Assembly (NCBI GenBank): GCA_964627525.1
Contig: CAZVIA010000002.1
Span: forward strand, 59,262-123,261
Source: an uncultured Gammaproteobacteria bacterium
GTDB lineage: Bacteria > Patescibacteriota > Patescibacteriia > Magasanikbacterales > JBBTQS01
Direction: 5' to 3'
Length of the DNA stretch: 64,000 bases
Under the pieces are notes generated by a model. It made no database searches, was not told where the DNA came from, and saw only the letters and a list, made by a program, of their open reading frames with translations. The position numbers and the translations under genes are program-made. Shown piece after piece: positions 28,389 to 37,075 of the stretch (position 1 is its first letter; every line of letters begins with the position of its first letter).

Positions 28389-28398
28389 ATTTAATATT

Positions 28399-29709
28399 TT
28401 ATAAAGACCAATAATCAATTCCTTGGTCTTTGAAATAATTTTTTGTAAAACAATTTCGCACATCCATAAATAATTTCGGCCCATCAGCAAACAAACTTTT
28501 AATCCACTCTTCTCCTGAATCTAAAAACTCTTTGTGTGAAGTTGCAAAAATAACCACATCAGCATTTTGACAATCATTTTTTTCACAAACTTTAATTCCG
28601 TATTCATGTTCCAACTCTTCTAAATCAGCATAAGGATCAAACACATCTACGTGTGCACCCATGTCTAATAAAATTTTGTACAACTCTGCTGCTTTTGAAT
28701 TGCGCACATCTGGAATATTTTCTTTAAAAGTCACACCTAACATCACAACTTTTGTGTCTGCAATATTTTTATTATTAGTATCTAAATAATTTTTTAATTC
28801 TTGAGCAACAAAATTTGGCATTGCGTCATTAATTTCACGCCCAGCTAAAATAACTTTTGGATCATAACCCAACTGCTTTGCACGATGAGTTAAATAATAT
28901 GGATCAACACCAATACAATGACCACCAACTAATCCTGGAGAAAACTTTAAAAAATTCCATTTTGTTCCAGCTGCCTCAATCACATCTTTTGTATCAATTC
29001 CCATTTTATGAAAAATCAAAGACAACTCATTCATAAACGCAATGTTTAAATCACGCTGTGCATTTTCAATAACTTTTGCAGCTTCAGCAACTTTGATTGA
29101 TGGAGCTTTATGTACACCTGCCAAACAAAAAGTTTTATAAACCTGTGCAATTTCTTCACAAGCTTCTGGAGTTGAACCTGAAACAATTTTTATAATTTTA
29201 TCAATTGTGTGTTCTTTGTCCCCTGGATTCACACGCTCTGGAGAATATCCAATCCAAAAATCCTGTGCATGCTTCATACCACTTGCCTGCTCAATCGCTG
29301 GAATGCAAGTTTCTTCAGTTGCCCCTGGATAAACAGTTGATTCATAAACCACAATTGAATCTTTTGAAATATGCTGACCAATCATTGTGCTAGCTTTTTC
29401 CAGCAAAGTGAGATCGGGTTTTTTGTTTTCATCAACAGGAGTTGGGATTGCCAAAATAAAAAACTTTGCTTGCTTTAAATCTTCTGGGTTTGATGTAAAT
29501 TGCGCTGTGGTTGCTTGTAAATCTGTATCACTTACCTCGCCTGTTGTATCTTGATTTTGTTTTAGTCTTTCAACTTTTTCTTTATTTATATCAAAACCTA
29601 TCACGTCAAATTTCTTTGCTATAAGAACGCAAAGTGGCAGGCCAACATATCCAAGACCAACTACTGCAATTTTTTCATTTTTTGATTGAAGTTGTTCAAA
29701 AGTGATCAT
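28399..29709 (-). CDS. Nucleotide-sugar dehydrogenase (UDP-ManNAcA/UDP-glucose dehydrogenase family)
   Basis: KIAVVGLGYVGLPLCVLIAKKF NAD-binding motif and a C-terminal UDP-binding domain. Start placed at Met19 (MITFEQ). Confidence 0.7.
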   Translation of the reverse strand: MITFEQLQSKNEKIAVVGLGYVGLPLCVLIAKKFDVIGFDINKEKVERLKQNQDTTGEVSDTDLQATTAQFTSNPEDLKQAKFFILAIPTPVDENKKPDLTLLEKASTMIGQHISKDSIVVYESTVYPGATEETCIPAIEQASGMKHAQDFWIGYSPERVNPGDKEHTIDKIIKIVSGSTPEACEEIAQVYKTFCLAGVHKAPSIKVAEAAKVIENAQRDLNIAFMNELSLIFHKMGIDTKDVIEAAGTKWNFLKFSPGLVGGHCIGVDPYYLTHRAKQLGYDPKVILAGREINDAMPNFVAQELKNYLDTNNKNIADTKVVMLGVTFKENIPDVRNSKAAELYKILLDMGAHVDVFDPYADLEELEHEYGIKVCEKNDCQNADVVIFATSHKEFLDSGEEWIKSLFADGPKLFMDVRNCFTKNYFKDQGIDYWSL

Positions 29710-29820
29710 ATTTTTGTAATTGTGTAACAACATTAGAGTACTATTTTTGGGATTTTTAGGCAAGGTTTTTTAATTGATTTATTGGGTTGACTTATTTAGA
29801 TGGATTTGATAAGGTGATCG

Positions 29821-29874
29821 GTCATGTGGTTGATAACTCCAGTATCTATTATGGCTGTTCTACAACCACATGAC
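29821..29874 (+). promoter_or_regulatory. 5' leader inverted repeat (GTCATGTGGTTG-N30-CAACCACATGAC) upstream of the deacetylase gene
   Basis: 12-bp perfect inverted repeat about 30 nt upstream of the AGGAGG/ATG. A homologous inverted repeat with compensatory changes precedes the next gene; both are preceded by a shared TTTGATAAGGT box. Confidence 0.45.
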
Positions 29875-29903
29875 ACAACCCTTGCTGAAGAGGAGGTGCT
29901 ACC

Positions 29904-30875
29904 ATGGCGCAAGTTCCTGTTGTGATGTTTCATCGAGTTGGAGATCAACAATACATGCATCATCGTGGTTTGAGACTTTCTGGAGAACACTGTCCTTTGA
30001 AAATGTTTATAAGAACCATGGAATACATCCGAGGAAATGGTTTGAATGTTATTTCGCTTTATGAATTGGTTACAAAATTGTGTTGCCAACAACTACTTCC
30101 TCCAAACAGTGTTGTACTTACTTTTGATGATGGCACTCGTGACCACTTGAAAATTGTATTGCCTATTCTTGAACAATGTGGTTTTCCAGCAACTTTTTTT
30201 GTGATGTCAGGGCCTCCTGTTTTTGGGAAAATTCCACCCACTTTTCAACTTCAGCTTATTACTGGAGATGTACACTGGGTTAAGGAGCATGGCTTGAGTT
30301 CACTTCTTGGTGCACTTGAAGAACAAAATGACCAAGAATTCACTGATTGGTGTGCCAGTGGTGCTGGAGTACCAGAAGAAAGATATATTGGTGAAGCTAG
30401 TGAAACCATTCGTAGGATAAAATACTTAATTAACTATCTTTTGCCTGCTGAACTCAAGCAAGTGATTGTGGACGCAATGTTCAAAGCAAGATTTCCAGAT
30501 ATGGATATGGAAGATGTCTGCAAACTGATGTTCTTGAGTAAAGAAGAAATTCACGAGCTTGCAGCACATAATCTGATTGACATTGGTTTTCACACAAGAA
30601 ATCACTTTAACTTAGCAACTATCGAAGATCCAAGTGTAGCTCGCACAGAGATTGTTGGAGCTTGCAGTGACCTAGGACTTGTTGGTGATTTAGCTCCCAA
30701 GCTTTTTGCCTATCCTTCTGGAGGAAAGCTGGGATATAACCTGCACCATGTAGGTATGGCACGCGCTGCATACCAGGGCGCAGTTGTGACTTGGGATCAA
30801 AAGACGTTGTGTAGTGACACCAGTAATGAATTTGAGATTCCGCGTGTGCATGAGAAGTTTTTTCCAACTAGCTAA
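29904..30875 (+). CDS. Polysaccharide deacetylase (CE4/NodB homology domain)
   Basis: LTFDDGTRDH (TFDDG motif) and PATFFV. GAGGAGG SD; GC content higher than neighbours. Confidence 0.65.
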   Translation: MAQVPVVMFHRVGDQQYMHHRGLRLSGEHCPLKMFIRTMEYIRGNGLNVISLYELVTKLCCQQLLPPNSVVLTFDDGTRDHLKIVLPILEQCGFPATFFVMSGPPVFGKIPPTFQLQLITGDVHWVKEHGLSSLLGALEEQNDQEFTDWCASGAGVPEERYIGEASETIRRIKYLINYLLPAELKQVIVDAMFKARFPDMDMEDVCKLMFLSKEEIHELAAHNLIDIGFHTRNHFNLATIEDPSVARTEIVGACSDLGLVGDLAPKLFAYPSGGKLGYNLHHVGMARAAYQGAVVTWDQKTLCSDTSNEFEIPRVHEKFFPTS

Positions 30876-30951
30876 ACATTATGTTATGTGGTGATAAACC
30901 ACGACTTAAAAGGTTGGTGTGATACCCAGTAGCTACACTAAGAGTTACATT

Positions 30952-31003
30952 CACACACCCAACGGGCTGGCCCAACAACTGGCCCGTTGTTTTTTTACTA
31001 AAA
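30952..31003 (+). terminator. Terminator repeat unit 1 (ACACACCC-AACGGGC...GCCCGTT-T7)
   Basis: Hairpin plus T7; about 50 nt nearly identical to the unit after the next gene. Confidence 0.6.
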
Positions 31004-31045
31004 TTACATATTTGACAATTTTAAATAGGTTTGATAAGGTAATTT

Positions 31046-31099
31046 GTCATGTGGCTAATAGCCTGTGATTTTATTACGCGAACAGTACAGCCACATGAC
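31046..31099 (+). promoter_or_regulatory. 5' leader inverted repeat (GTCATGTGGCT-N32-AGCCACATGAC) upstream of the 364-aa hypothetical gene
   Basis: Homologue of the 29821-29874 element. The arms differ at the distal positions (TTG/CAA versus CT/AG) in a compensatory manner. Confidence 0.45.
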
Positions 31100-31125
31100 A
31101 ACCACTAGGCAAAGGGAGGATTCTG

Positions 31126-32220
31126 ATGTCAGAAAAGACTCTTGATCTTTCACAATCTAATCAGCAATTGGCAACAGCTTGCTTGATTGAGCCAGCTCTA
31201 AATGAGCCTGATAAGTTGGACATGACACTACTTGCTCAAGTGCTTTTGTATAATCGCAAGAATCGTGATCCTAAGCGGTATGCTGATATTTGTGAACTTG
31301 CAGCAAATGAACTTCAACCAAGAGAGAGGGGTGAGAAAACCACTCATATTGCTCACATTCACCTACTTTTGCAAGTTGTGAATGGTTTGAGAAGACAAGC
31401 CGGACTTTGGGACTTAGAACCAGCACTTTCAACTCTTAGGATGGCATCAACAGTTGATACATTTACTACTTTTAAAGGTATTGAAGTAGTCAAGCTACAA
31501 ATAGAAATTCAGCGACAAACTGCAATGATTTATAGATTGAGGGGTAATTACGAAAGAGCCTATCTTAATCACAAAAGTGCTTCTAGACTAGCTAGGCTGA
31601 ATAAATTATTTGCTGGAGCTACTGTTTTTGACTTTTGTGCTGATGTAGATAGTGCAAATCTAGCTTTGTGTGATGGTGATGAAGTTGTTGTGAAAAAGAA
31701 CCTTGGTATACTTTTGGATTCGTATCACACACTGTTTCTTCCAAAGTTTAATGGAGATGAACAAGTTGAATACTGGCGTGTAGCTAATGCACCTATTCAC
31801 GTGCTATGGGCTCACTTTCTAGCAGGTAAATCACTTGTGGAAATGGGTGAAGGAAAAACCAGTGGAATTGTAGAATTCAAAGAGTATACTGAGATGGGCT
31901 TCTACCTTTTGCAAGATTTTCCTCTAAAACCTATTGCTGAAAGATTCACACATTGGCTTGATATACTTCAAATCATGTGGTGGTTGCGCATTTTGAAAAT
32001 CTATGAACCTCTAGCAAAATCACATGCCTTTCAACTTGTCGATGACAACAGACACCCTGATGTAGTTGCAACTGCCCTACTAATGCTGGCAGAAATTGCC
32101 ACCAAGAACCGCAGACTAGCTGATGCAACAAAGTATTTGAATGACATTATTGAGCTTGAAAGCCATAGTGCGCACGTGGTACGTGCAATTGCCAAGCGCA
32201 GATTGGAAGGTCTTGCATGA
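31126..32220 (+). CDS. Hypothetical 364-aa protein (predicted all-helical), island gene
   Basis: GGGAGG SD and GC-richer codon usage; no recognisable catalytic motif. Confidence 0.5.
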   Translation: MSEKTLDLSQSNQQLATACLIEPALNEPDKLDMTLLAQVLLYNRKNRDPKRYADICELAANELQPRERGEKTTHIAHIHLLLQVVNGLRRQAGLWDLEPALSTLRMASTVDTFTTFKGIEVVKLQIEIQRQTAMIYRLRGNYERAYLNHKSASRLARLNKLFAGATVFDFCADVDSANLALCDGDEVVVKKNLGILLDSYHTLFLPKFNGDEQVEYWRVANAPIHVLWAHFLAGKSLVEMGEGKTSGIVEFKEYTEMGFYLLQDFPLKPIAERFTHWLDILQIMWWLRILKIYEPLAKSHAFQLVDDNRHPDVVATALLMLAEIATKNRRLADATKYLNDIIELESHSAHVVRAIAKRRLEGLA

Positions 32221-32260
32221 TAATGGTGTGATATTCTTTCTTTAAAATAAAGATGAACTC

Positions 32261-32322
32261 CACACCACACACCCCAACGGGCCGGCTCAACAACTGGCCC
32301 GTTGTTTTTTTACTAAAAAAAA
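32261..32322 (+). terminator. Terminator repeat unit 2
   Basis: CACACACCCCAACGGGCCGGCTCAACAACTGGCCCGTTGTTTTTTT is nearly identical to 30952-31003. Repeat 1 has U.G where repeat 2 has C-G. Confidence 0.6.
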
Positions 32323-32372
32323 GGTAGCATTTAAACATAGATTGCGTCTAAATATAAACGCAGAAAATTTTT

Positions 32373-33614
32373 ATGAGAGAAAAATTAAAACAAGTTTTGC
32401 TTTGGAGTCAAAAATATACAAAAACTGATATGTTGTATTTGGCGCAAGGTGGATTTTGGTTAACACTTGGAAAAACCAGTGTAATTGCAAGTGCGTTTTT
32501 GTTGTCTATTGCTTTTGCAAATCTGTTGCCAAAAGAAGTTTACGGAACTTATCAATATGTTTTATCTATTATTGGCTTATTAACTGTTACAACTTTAATT
32601 GAATTAAACACCTCCTTAATGCGATCTGTTGCTCGTGGTTTTGAAGGAGAATTTTTTCCAGCTTTGTATACACGCATGAAATTTGGTGTGTTGGGTGGAT
32701 TGGCTTCACTTGGTTTAGGTGGATATTATTTTTTCCAAGGAAATAATACTTTGGGTGTGGCATTTGCTATGGCTGCGTTTTTCATTCCAATTATGGAACC
32801 TGTTGGAATGTTTGGTGATGTACTAAAAGGCAAAAAAATGTTCAGGCTGTCTGCAAAAATGCAGATGATTTCTCGCTCGCTTTCTTTTGTTGCAATGGGA
32901 ACAACATTATTTTTTACAAATAATATTTTTGTAGTGTTGCTAGCTTACTTTATTCCACGATTGTTGATTAGGTTTTTTTCACACTTGTACATTATTATTA
33001 AAGTACAAATGAATAAAAAACGTAATAATGAAACTTTAATTTATGGAAAACAATTAAGCGTGCTATCTGTTTTACAAACTTTTGCAGCACAGCTAGATAA
33101 GATTTTGGTTTTCCATTATTTAGGTGCAGCTGAGTTAGCTGTTTATTATTTTGCAATTGCGCCTGAGGGTCAAATAAAAACTTTGTTTTCATCTTTAAAA
33201 ACCCTAGCTTTTCCAAAATTTAGTAACATGGACAAAGAATTAATTAAAGCAAGTTTACCACGCAAAATTTTGCAATTTCAGTTGATGATAATTTTGCCAA
33301 TTGTTGTGATTTATATTATTGCCGCACCTTTTGTTTTTGAATGGCTGTTCCCACAATACATGGATGCTGTTCCATTTTCACAAATTGCAATTTTAATGTT
33401 GTTATTTTTTCCCAAAGGCTTGCTATCTTCAGCTTTGGTTGCGCAGAAAAAAACAAAAATGCTTTATTTTCTTAAAACATTGTCCCCTGTTGTGCGATCA
33501 TTGATTTTATTGGGAGCTGTTTATTTTTACGGATTAAATGGAATTGTAGTTGGGTTAGTTGTAAATGGTGCAATTATTTATACTTTGTACTTTGCGTTTT
33601 TCAAAAAAATGTAG
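32373..33614 (+). CDS. Oligosaccharide flippase (Wzx/MOP superfamily)
   Basis: 413 aa with about 12 TM helices, typical polysaccharide-biosynthesis-protein family layout. Confidence 0.65.
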   Translation: MREKLKQVLLWSQKYTKTDMLYLAQGGFWLTLGKTSVIASAFLLSIAFANLLPKEVYGTYQYVLSIIGLLTVTTLIELNTSLMRSVARGFEGEFFPALYTRMKFGVLGGLASLGLGGYYFFQGNNTLGVAFAMAAFFIPIMEPVGMFGDVLKGKKMFRLSAKMQMISRSLSFVAMGTTLFFTNNIFVVLLAYFIPRLLIRFFSHLYIIIKVQMNKKRNNETLIYGKQLSVLSVLQTFAAQLDKILVFHYLGAAELAVYYFAIAPEGQIKTLFSSLKTLAFPKFSNMDKELIKASLPRKILQFQLMIILPIVVIYIIAAPFVFEWLFPQYMDAVPFSQIAILMLLFFPKGLLSSALVAQKKTKMLYFLKTLSPVVRSLILLGAVYFYGLNGIVVGLVVNGAIIYTLYFAFFKKM

Positions 33615-33627
33615 TTGATTGTTTTGT

Positions 33628-33657
33628 GGGCAAAATTTGGCAAAGCAAATTTTGCCC
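33628..33657. repeat. Palindromic element copy 4 (GGGCAAAATTTGGC-aaa-GCAAATTTTGCCC)
   Basis: Perfect arms; immediately followed by a separate canonical GC-hairpin terminator. Confidence 0.6.
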
Positions 33658-33661
33658 TATT

Positions 33662-33690
33662 AAAAAACCCCTGCTTGCGCAGGGGTTTTA
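33662..33690. terminator. Bidirectional intrinsic terminator (CCCCTGC-ttgc-GCAGGGG)
   Basis: 7-bp GC stem with A-tract upstream and T-tract downstream, between convergent genes. Confidence 0.65.
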
Positions 33691-33693
33691 AAT

Positions 33694-34539
33694 TTACAAA
33701 TCATCTCTGCCAATCAAGTGCTTTTTTGGATAAACCCAAAACCCAAGCCAAAGTGTCAAAAGCAACCCAAACACAATATGAAATCCATACAAATAAAAAG
33801 CAATCTGTTGATCAAAATACATCACAATTACTACAAGCACATACCAAAAAATAGTTATACTATGAACCATGCTTACTAAATAAAATAAAAGTCGGCTAAA
33901 AATATTTTTTGGAAGCGCAAAACTTTTTCTTTTTTCTGGAAGATTATGTTGATGCTCTACCATTTTTTTAATTTTCTTTACAATACTAATTCGCATTAAA
34001 TCAAAAGATCTAAAATGCATTGTTGTAATTGCCAACAAAAGTGTTAACACAAAAATAAATGGCTCAGAAAAAACATTAAAAAATTGAAAACCTACTGTGA
34101 AATAAAAAATGAATGGATAAAAAAAGTGGTAAGACTTATCATAATAAATTCCTTCTGCTGTAAATCTTTTTGTTGCTCGTGCAACTTCCCCATCCACTTG
34201 ATCTAAAATTGAAGTTAAATAAAGCAACCCTAACTGAATTAAGAAAAAGACCTCTACACTTAATTTTGTTTGTGGCAAAAAGTTTAAAAACAAAACCACC
34301 AAAAGCAAAAGCACACTAAACCCAGTAACATGATTTGGTCTTATTTTTGGAAAAATTTTTACCAAAACCCAAGTCAACAAAACAGAAAGATTGCGTTGCC
34401 ACCTATAAAGTCTGTCAATTTTCATTCGCTCAAGTTTTGAGGAATGTGCTTGTTGTTTAAATTCTGAAAATCCCATATTAATATTCATACCCATATCTGT
34501 ATTCATTTTATAACAAATCTTTTGCTTCAGGCCCCACAT
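33694..34539 (-). CDS. Polytopic membrane protein, CDP-alcohol phosphatidyltransferase-like
   Basis: DQVDGEVARATKRFTAEGIYYDKSYH fits D-G-x2-A-R-x8-G-x3-D-x3-(D>H). The true start is probably an internal Met. Confidence 0.4.
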   Translation of the reverse strand: MWGLKQKICYKMNTDMGMNINMGFSEFKQQAHSSKLERMKIDRLYRWQRNLSVLLTWVLVKIFPKIRPNHVTGFSVLLLLVVLFLNFLPQTKLSVEVFFLIQLGLLYLTSILDQVDGEVARATKRFTAEGIYYDKSYHFFYPFIFYFTVGFQFFNVFSEPFIFVLTLLLAITTMHFRSFDLMRISIVKKIKKMVEHQHNLPEKRKSFALPKNIFSRLLFYLVSMVHSITIFWYVLVVIVMYFDQQIAFYLYGFHIVFGLLLTLWLGFWVYPKKHLIGRDDL

Positions 34540-35194
34540 TACAAATCAAATCAATTATTGCCAAACCTTTTTCAAAATCACCGTACAACTGTGAATATGT
34601 TGGATGATCATAGTGTTGATATTCAATTTCAATCTTAGCTTCATCAAATAATTCTGTTTTTAAATATTTACTACCAGAAGGTCCGGACAAATATTTTGTT
34701 GCATCCAACTCTTTGCAAACAACTAACAGCCATTCTGTTGATTTTAATTCGTGGTCAATATTCATTTCTGACTCTAAAACTAATCTTGCTTTTATTTCTA
34801 AATACTCACAAACATATTTTATAAAAGCCAAATTAAATTGTGCCAAAGTTTTTAAGTTTTTAACGTCCTCTGTATAATATTTTTCAAAAAAATCTTTGTG
34901 GTCTTTCCAAAAAGGTGTTTTAGAATAATTCATTTCAATTGCACGCAGATGTTTTTTTGCCCAAGAAGTATCCAAAGGCATTGCAACATCTTTCATTGGT
35001 TTAAATTGCTCTTTGCGCGAAACTGGAATTGTTAAATAAACCCAACCTTGCGATGTTTTAATCCTGTTACGATTATGAAAACCATTTCTTGAATAAGTTG
35101 CGCCATCAAAAAAAACAAACACATCAGAGCGTTTGATTTTATCAAAATAACCCATCCACGGAAGATAATCTGGTTGATGAATTGAGATTAGCAT
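34508..35194 (-). CDS. WbqC-like family protein
   Basis: N-terminus MLISIHQPDYLPWMGYFDKI...FFDGATYSRNGFHNRNRI matches the WbqC family signature. Confidence 0.65.
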   Translation of the reverse strand: MLISIHQPDYLPWMGYFDKIKRSDVFVFFDGATYSRNGFHNRNRIKTSQGWVYLTIPVSRKEQFKPMKDVAMPLDTSWAKKHLRAIEMNYSKTPFWKDHKDFFEKYYTEDVKNLKTLAQFNLAFIKYVCEYLEIKARLVLESEMNIDHELKSTEWLLVVCKELDATKYLSGPSGSKYLKTELFDEAKIEIEYQHYDHPTYSQLYGDFEKGLAIIDLICNVGPEAKDLL

Positions 35195-35234
35195 AGTTTT
35201 TATTTATGCTTTTATTTTAGTCTATAACGAAAAT

Positions 35235-35876
35235 TTAGTCTATAATGCGAACAATTTCAAATGCTTCAGCCAAAGGCAATCCAACCTCAACACCTCTTGT
35301 AAAAGCCCAACTACGTAAATATTTTTCTGAAAGATAAGTGCGCTGTGTATCTGTCTGACTTTTATAAGTTTGAACAGCTTTGATTTTATTTTGTAAATTT
35401 TTTTCTGAAATCTCACTATAAAAATTCACATGTTTGTTTAGACGATTCCAATCAAAAGCATAAGCAATCAAATTACAATCCTTAAAAGCACGCAAACTTT
35501 CTTGCGCAACTGTTGCATGATCTTGATGCATATCATTTAAAGCACCAGTGATCACCAAATCTGGTTGAATTTGTTTTTTATATTTCCAAATTGTATCCAA
35601 AATTTGCTGACGCTGTTCTGGAAAAGTTCTGTTTTCAAAATGTTCAATAAAAACTTTATCCGCCGGAATTCCCAAAATCTTTGCACTTTCCATTGCCTCC
35701 ATAACAATATGCTCGCGCGGATATTGTTCCGCCTTTCCTTTATTATTAACTGAAAGCGCCAAACTATAAACATCCTTACCTTCTGAAACAAGCTTATCTA
35801 TTGTCGCACCACAACCAAGCTCCATATCATCTGCATGAGCACTAATTACTAAAATTTTGTTTGCCTTTTCAAACAT
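35235..35876 (-). CDS. PIG-L/LmbE-family N-acetylglucosaminyl deacetylase
   Basis: ILVISAHADDMELGCGATI and a downstream HQDH metal-binding motif. Confidence 0.7.
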   Translation of the reverse strand: MFEKANKILVISAHADDMELGCGATIDKLVSEGKDVYSLALSVNNKGKAEQYPREHIVMEAMESAKILGIPADKVFIEHFENRTFPEQRQQILDTIWKYKKQIQPDLVITGALNDMHQDHATVAQESLRAFKDCNLIAYAFDWNRLNKHVNFYSEISEKNLQNKIKAVQTYKSQTDTQRTYLSEKYLRSWAFTRGVEVGLPLAEAFEIVRIID

Positions 35877-35889
35877 AAATTAAATCCTA

Positions 35890-37065
35890 TCACTTTTGTT
35901 TGGTTGTGTCAAGTTCACTTGGTTCACTTCTCAAACCTAAAACTTGGATCAGCTCTTTGATTTTATTTTCAATTGAAAACTGATTTTTAATTTTTTCAAA
36001 ACCTTTTGCGCCTATTTTTTCTCGCAACTCTTTATTAGTCACAAGTTCATCTAAATATTGTGCAATTTGTTGTGGAGATTTTTTATCTACTAAAAATCCA
36101 TCTTGTTTATGATCAATCATTTCTGGAGCAGACCCAACTTTTGTTGAAATCACTGGCAAAGCAAAAGACATTGCTTCCAAAATAACATTTGGTGAACCTT
36201 CAGACACAGAAGCAAACACAAAAATTGATGAACACATATATTGTTCATCTAATTTCACTGAATCTAATCTCCCTAAAAACTCAACTTGATTTTCAATTCC
36301 TAATTCTTTAGTCTTATTTTTATAAAAATCCAAAAGATAACCAGCTCCAGCTAATTTAATTTTCAACTTCCCAACATATTCTTTATTTTGTTTTTTCAAA
36401 ATTGCCACAGCTTCAAACAAATCCTCATAAGCTTTCTCTCGCCAATTTAAAGAACCTACCATTAAAATTATTAAGTCTTGATGTTGTAATCTTTTTTTAA
36501 TTAAATCCCCTGCTTTAGATTGATCAATTTTCATTTCAACACCATTTACCAAAACATCCATTTTATTTTTTTGAGTTGGCTGTATTTCTTCAGCAAATTT
36601 TTTCATTTCTTGAGAAACCAAAATAATTTTTTCAGAAAATCTATTTAAGATCTTATCTAGAAATTTAAACTTTTTTGATTTAAAAGTTGGCTTACCTTTT
36701 TTATCTACAAAAGATGTACCAGATTCTCTAATATATATTTTCACTTTAGGAACAAACAACTTCACAATTCTAGCAACAATATTTGATAATTCTAAAGTAG
36801 AATATATAACCTTAATATTGTTTTTCTTGATTATCTTCCTTAATTTTAGGTAAATTCTAGGATTTAACCAGTGTTTTAAATTTAAATTAAATTGATTTGC
36901 TTTGGGGATTTGCAACTCACCCAAATACCCATCTTGCTTGGTATTTGTAAGAGAAGTGAAAAAAACACCTTCATGTATTTTATATAAAGAATTCATTTGC
37001 AACAAAAACTGGCGTTCTGCACCACCTCTATTCAAATTATTAATTAAAAAAATTACGTTTTTCAT
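35890..37065 (-). CDS. Glycosyltransferase family 4
   Basis: SEGSPNVILEAMSFALPVISTKVGS. Start placed at MKNVIFL to remove the overlap with the upstream gene. Confidence 0.7.
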   Translation of the reverse strand: MKNVIFLINNLNRGGAERQFLLQMNSLYKIHEGVFFTSLTNTKQDGYLGELQIPKANQFNLNLKHWLNPRIYLKLRKIIKKNNIKVIYSTLELSNIVARIVKLFVPKVKIYIRESGTSFVDKKGKPTFKSKKFKFLDKILNRFSEKIILVSQEMKKFAEEIQPTQKNKMDVLVNGVEMKIDQSKAGDLIKKRLQHQDLIILMVGSLNWREKAYEDLFEAVAILKKQNKEYVGKLKIKLAGAGYLLDFYKNKTKELGIENQVEFLGRLDSVKLDEQYMCSSIFVFASVSEGSPNVILEAMSFALPVISTKVGSAPEMIDHKQDGFLVDKKSPQQIAQYLDELVTNKELREKIGAKGFEKIKNQFSIENKIKELIQVLGLRSEPSELDTTKQK

Positions 37066-37075
37066 TTTGCGTTTT

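Noticed and set aside
28095-28490. 131-aa minus-strand ORF spanning the GC-rich mini-cassette
   Set aside because: It runs antisense to the SD-led 39-aa ORF and its terminator, and overlaps the start region of the dehydrogenase gene. It is an open frame by chance in GC-rich sequence, with no RBS.
30952-32322. Integron attC-like sites after each island gene
   Set aside because: The repeat contains an RYYYAAC-like ACCCAAC, but the 3' side does not give a GTTRRRY core. No integron integrase or attI is in the window. The hairpin plus T7 is fully explained as an intrinsic terminator.
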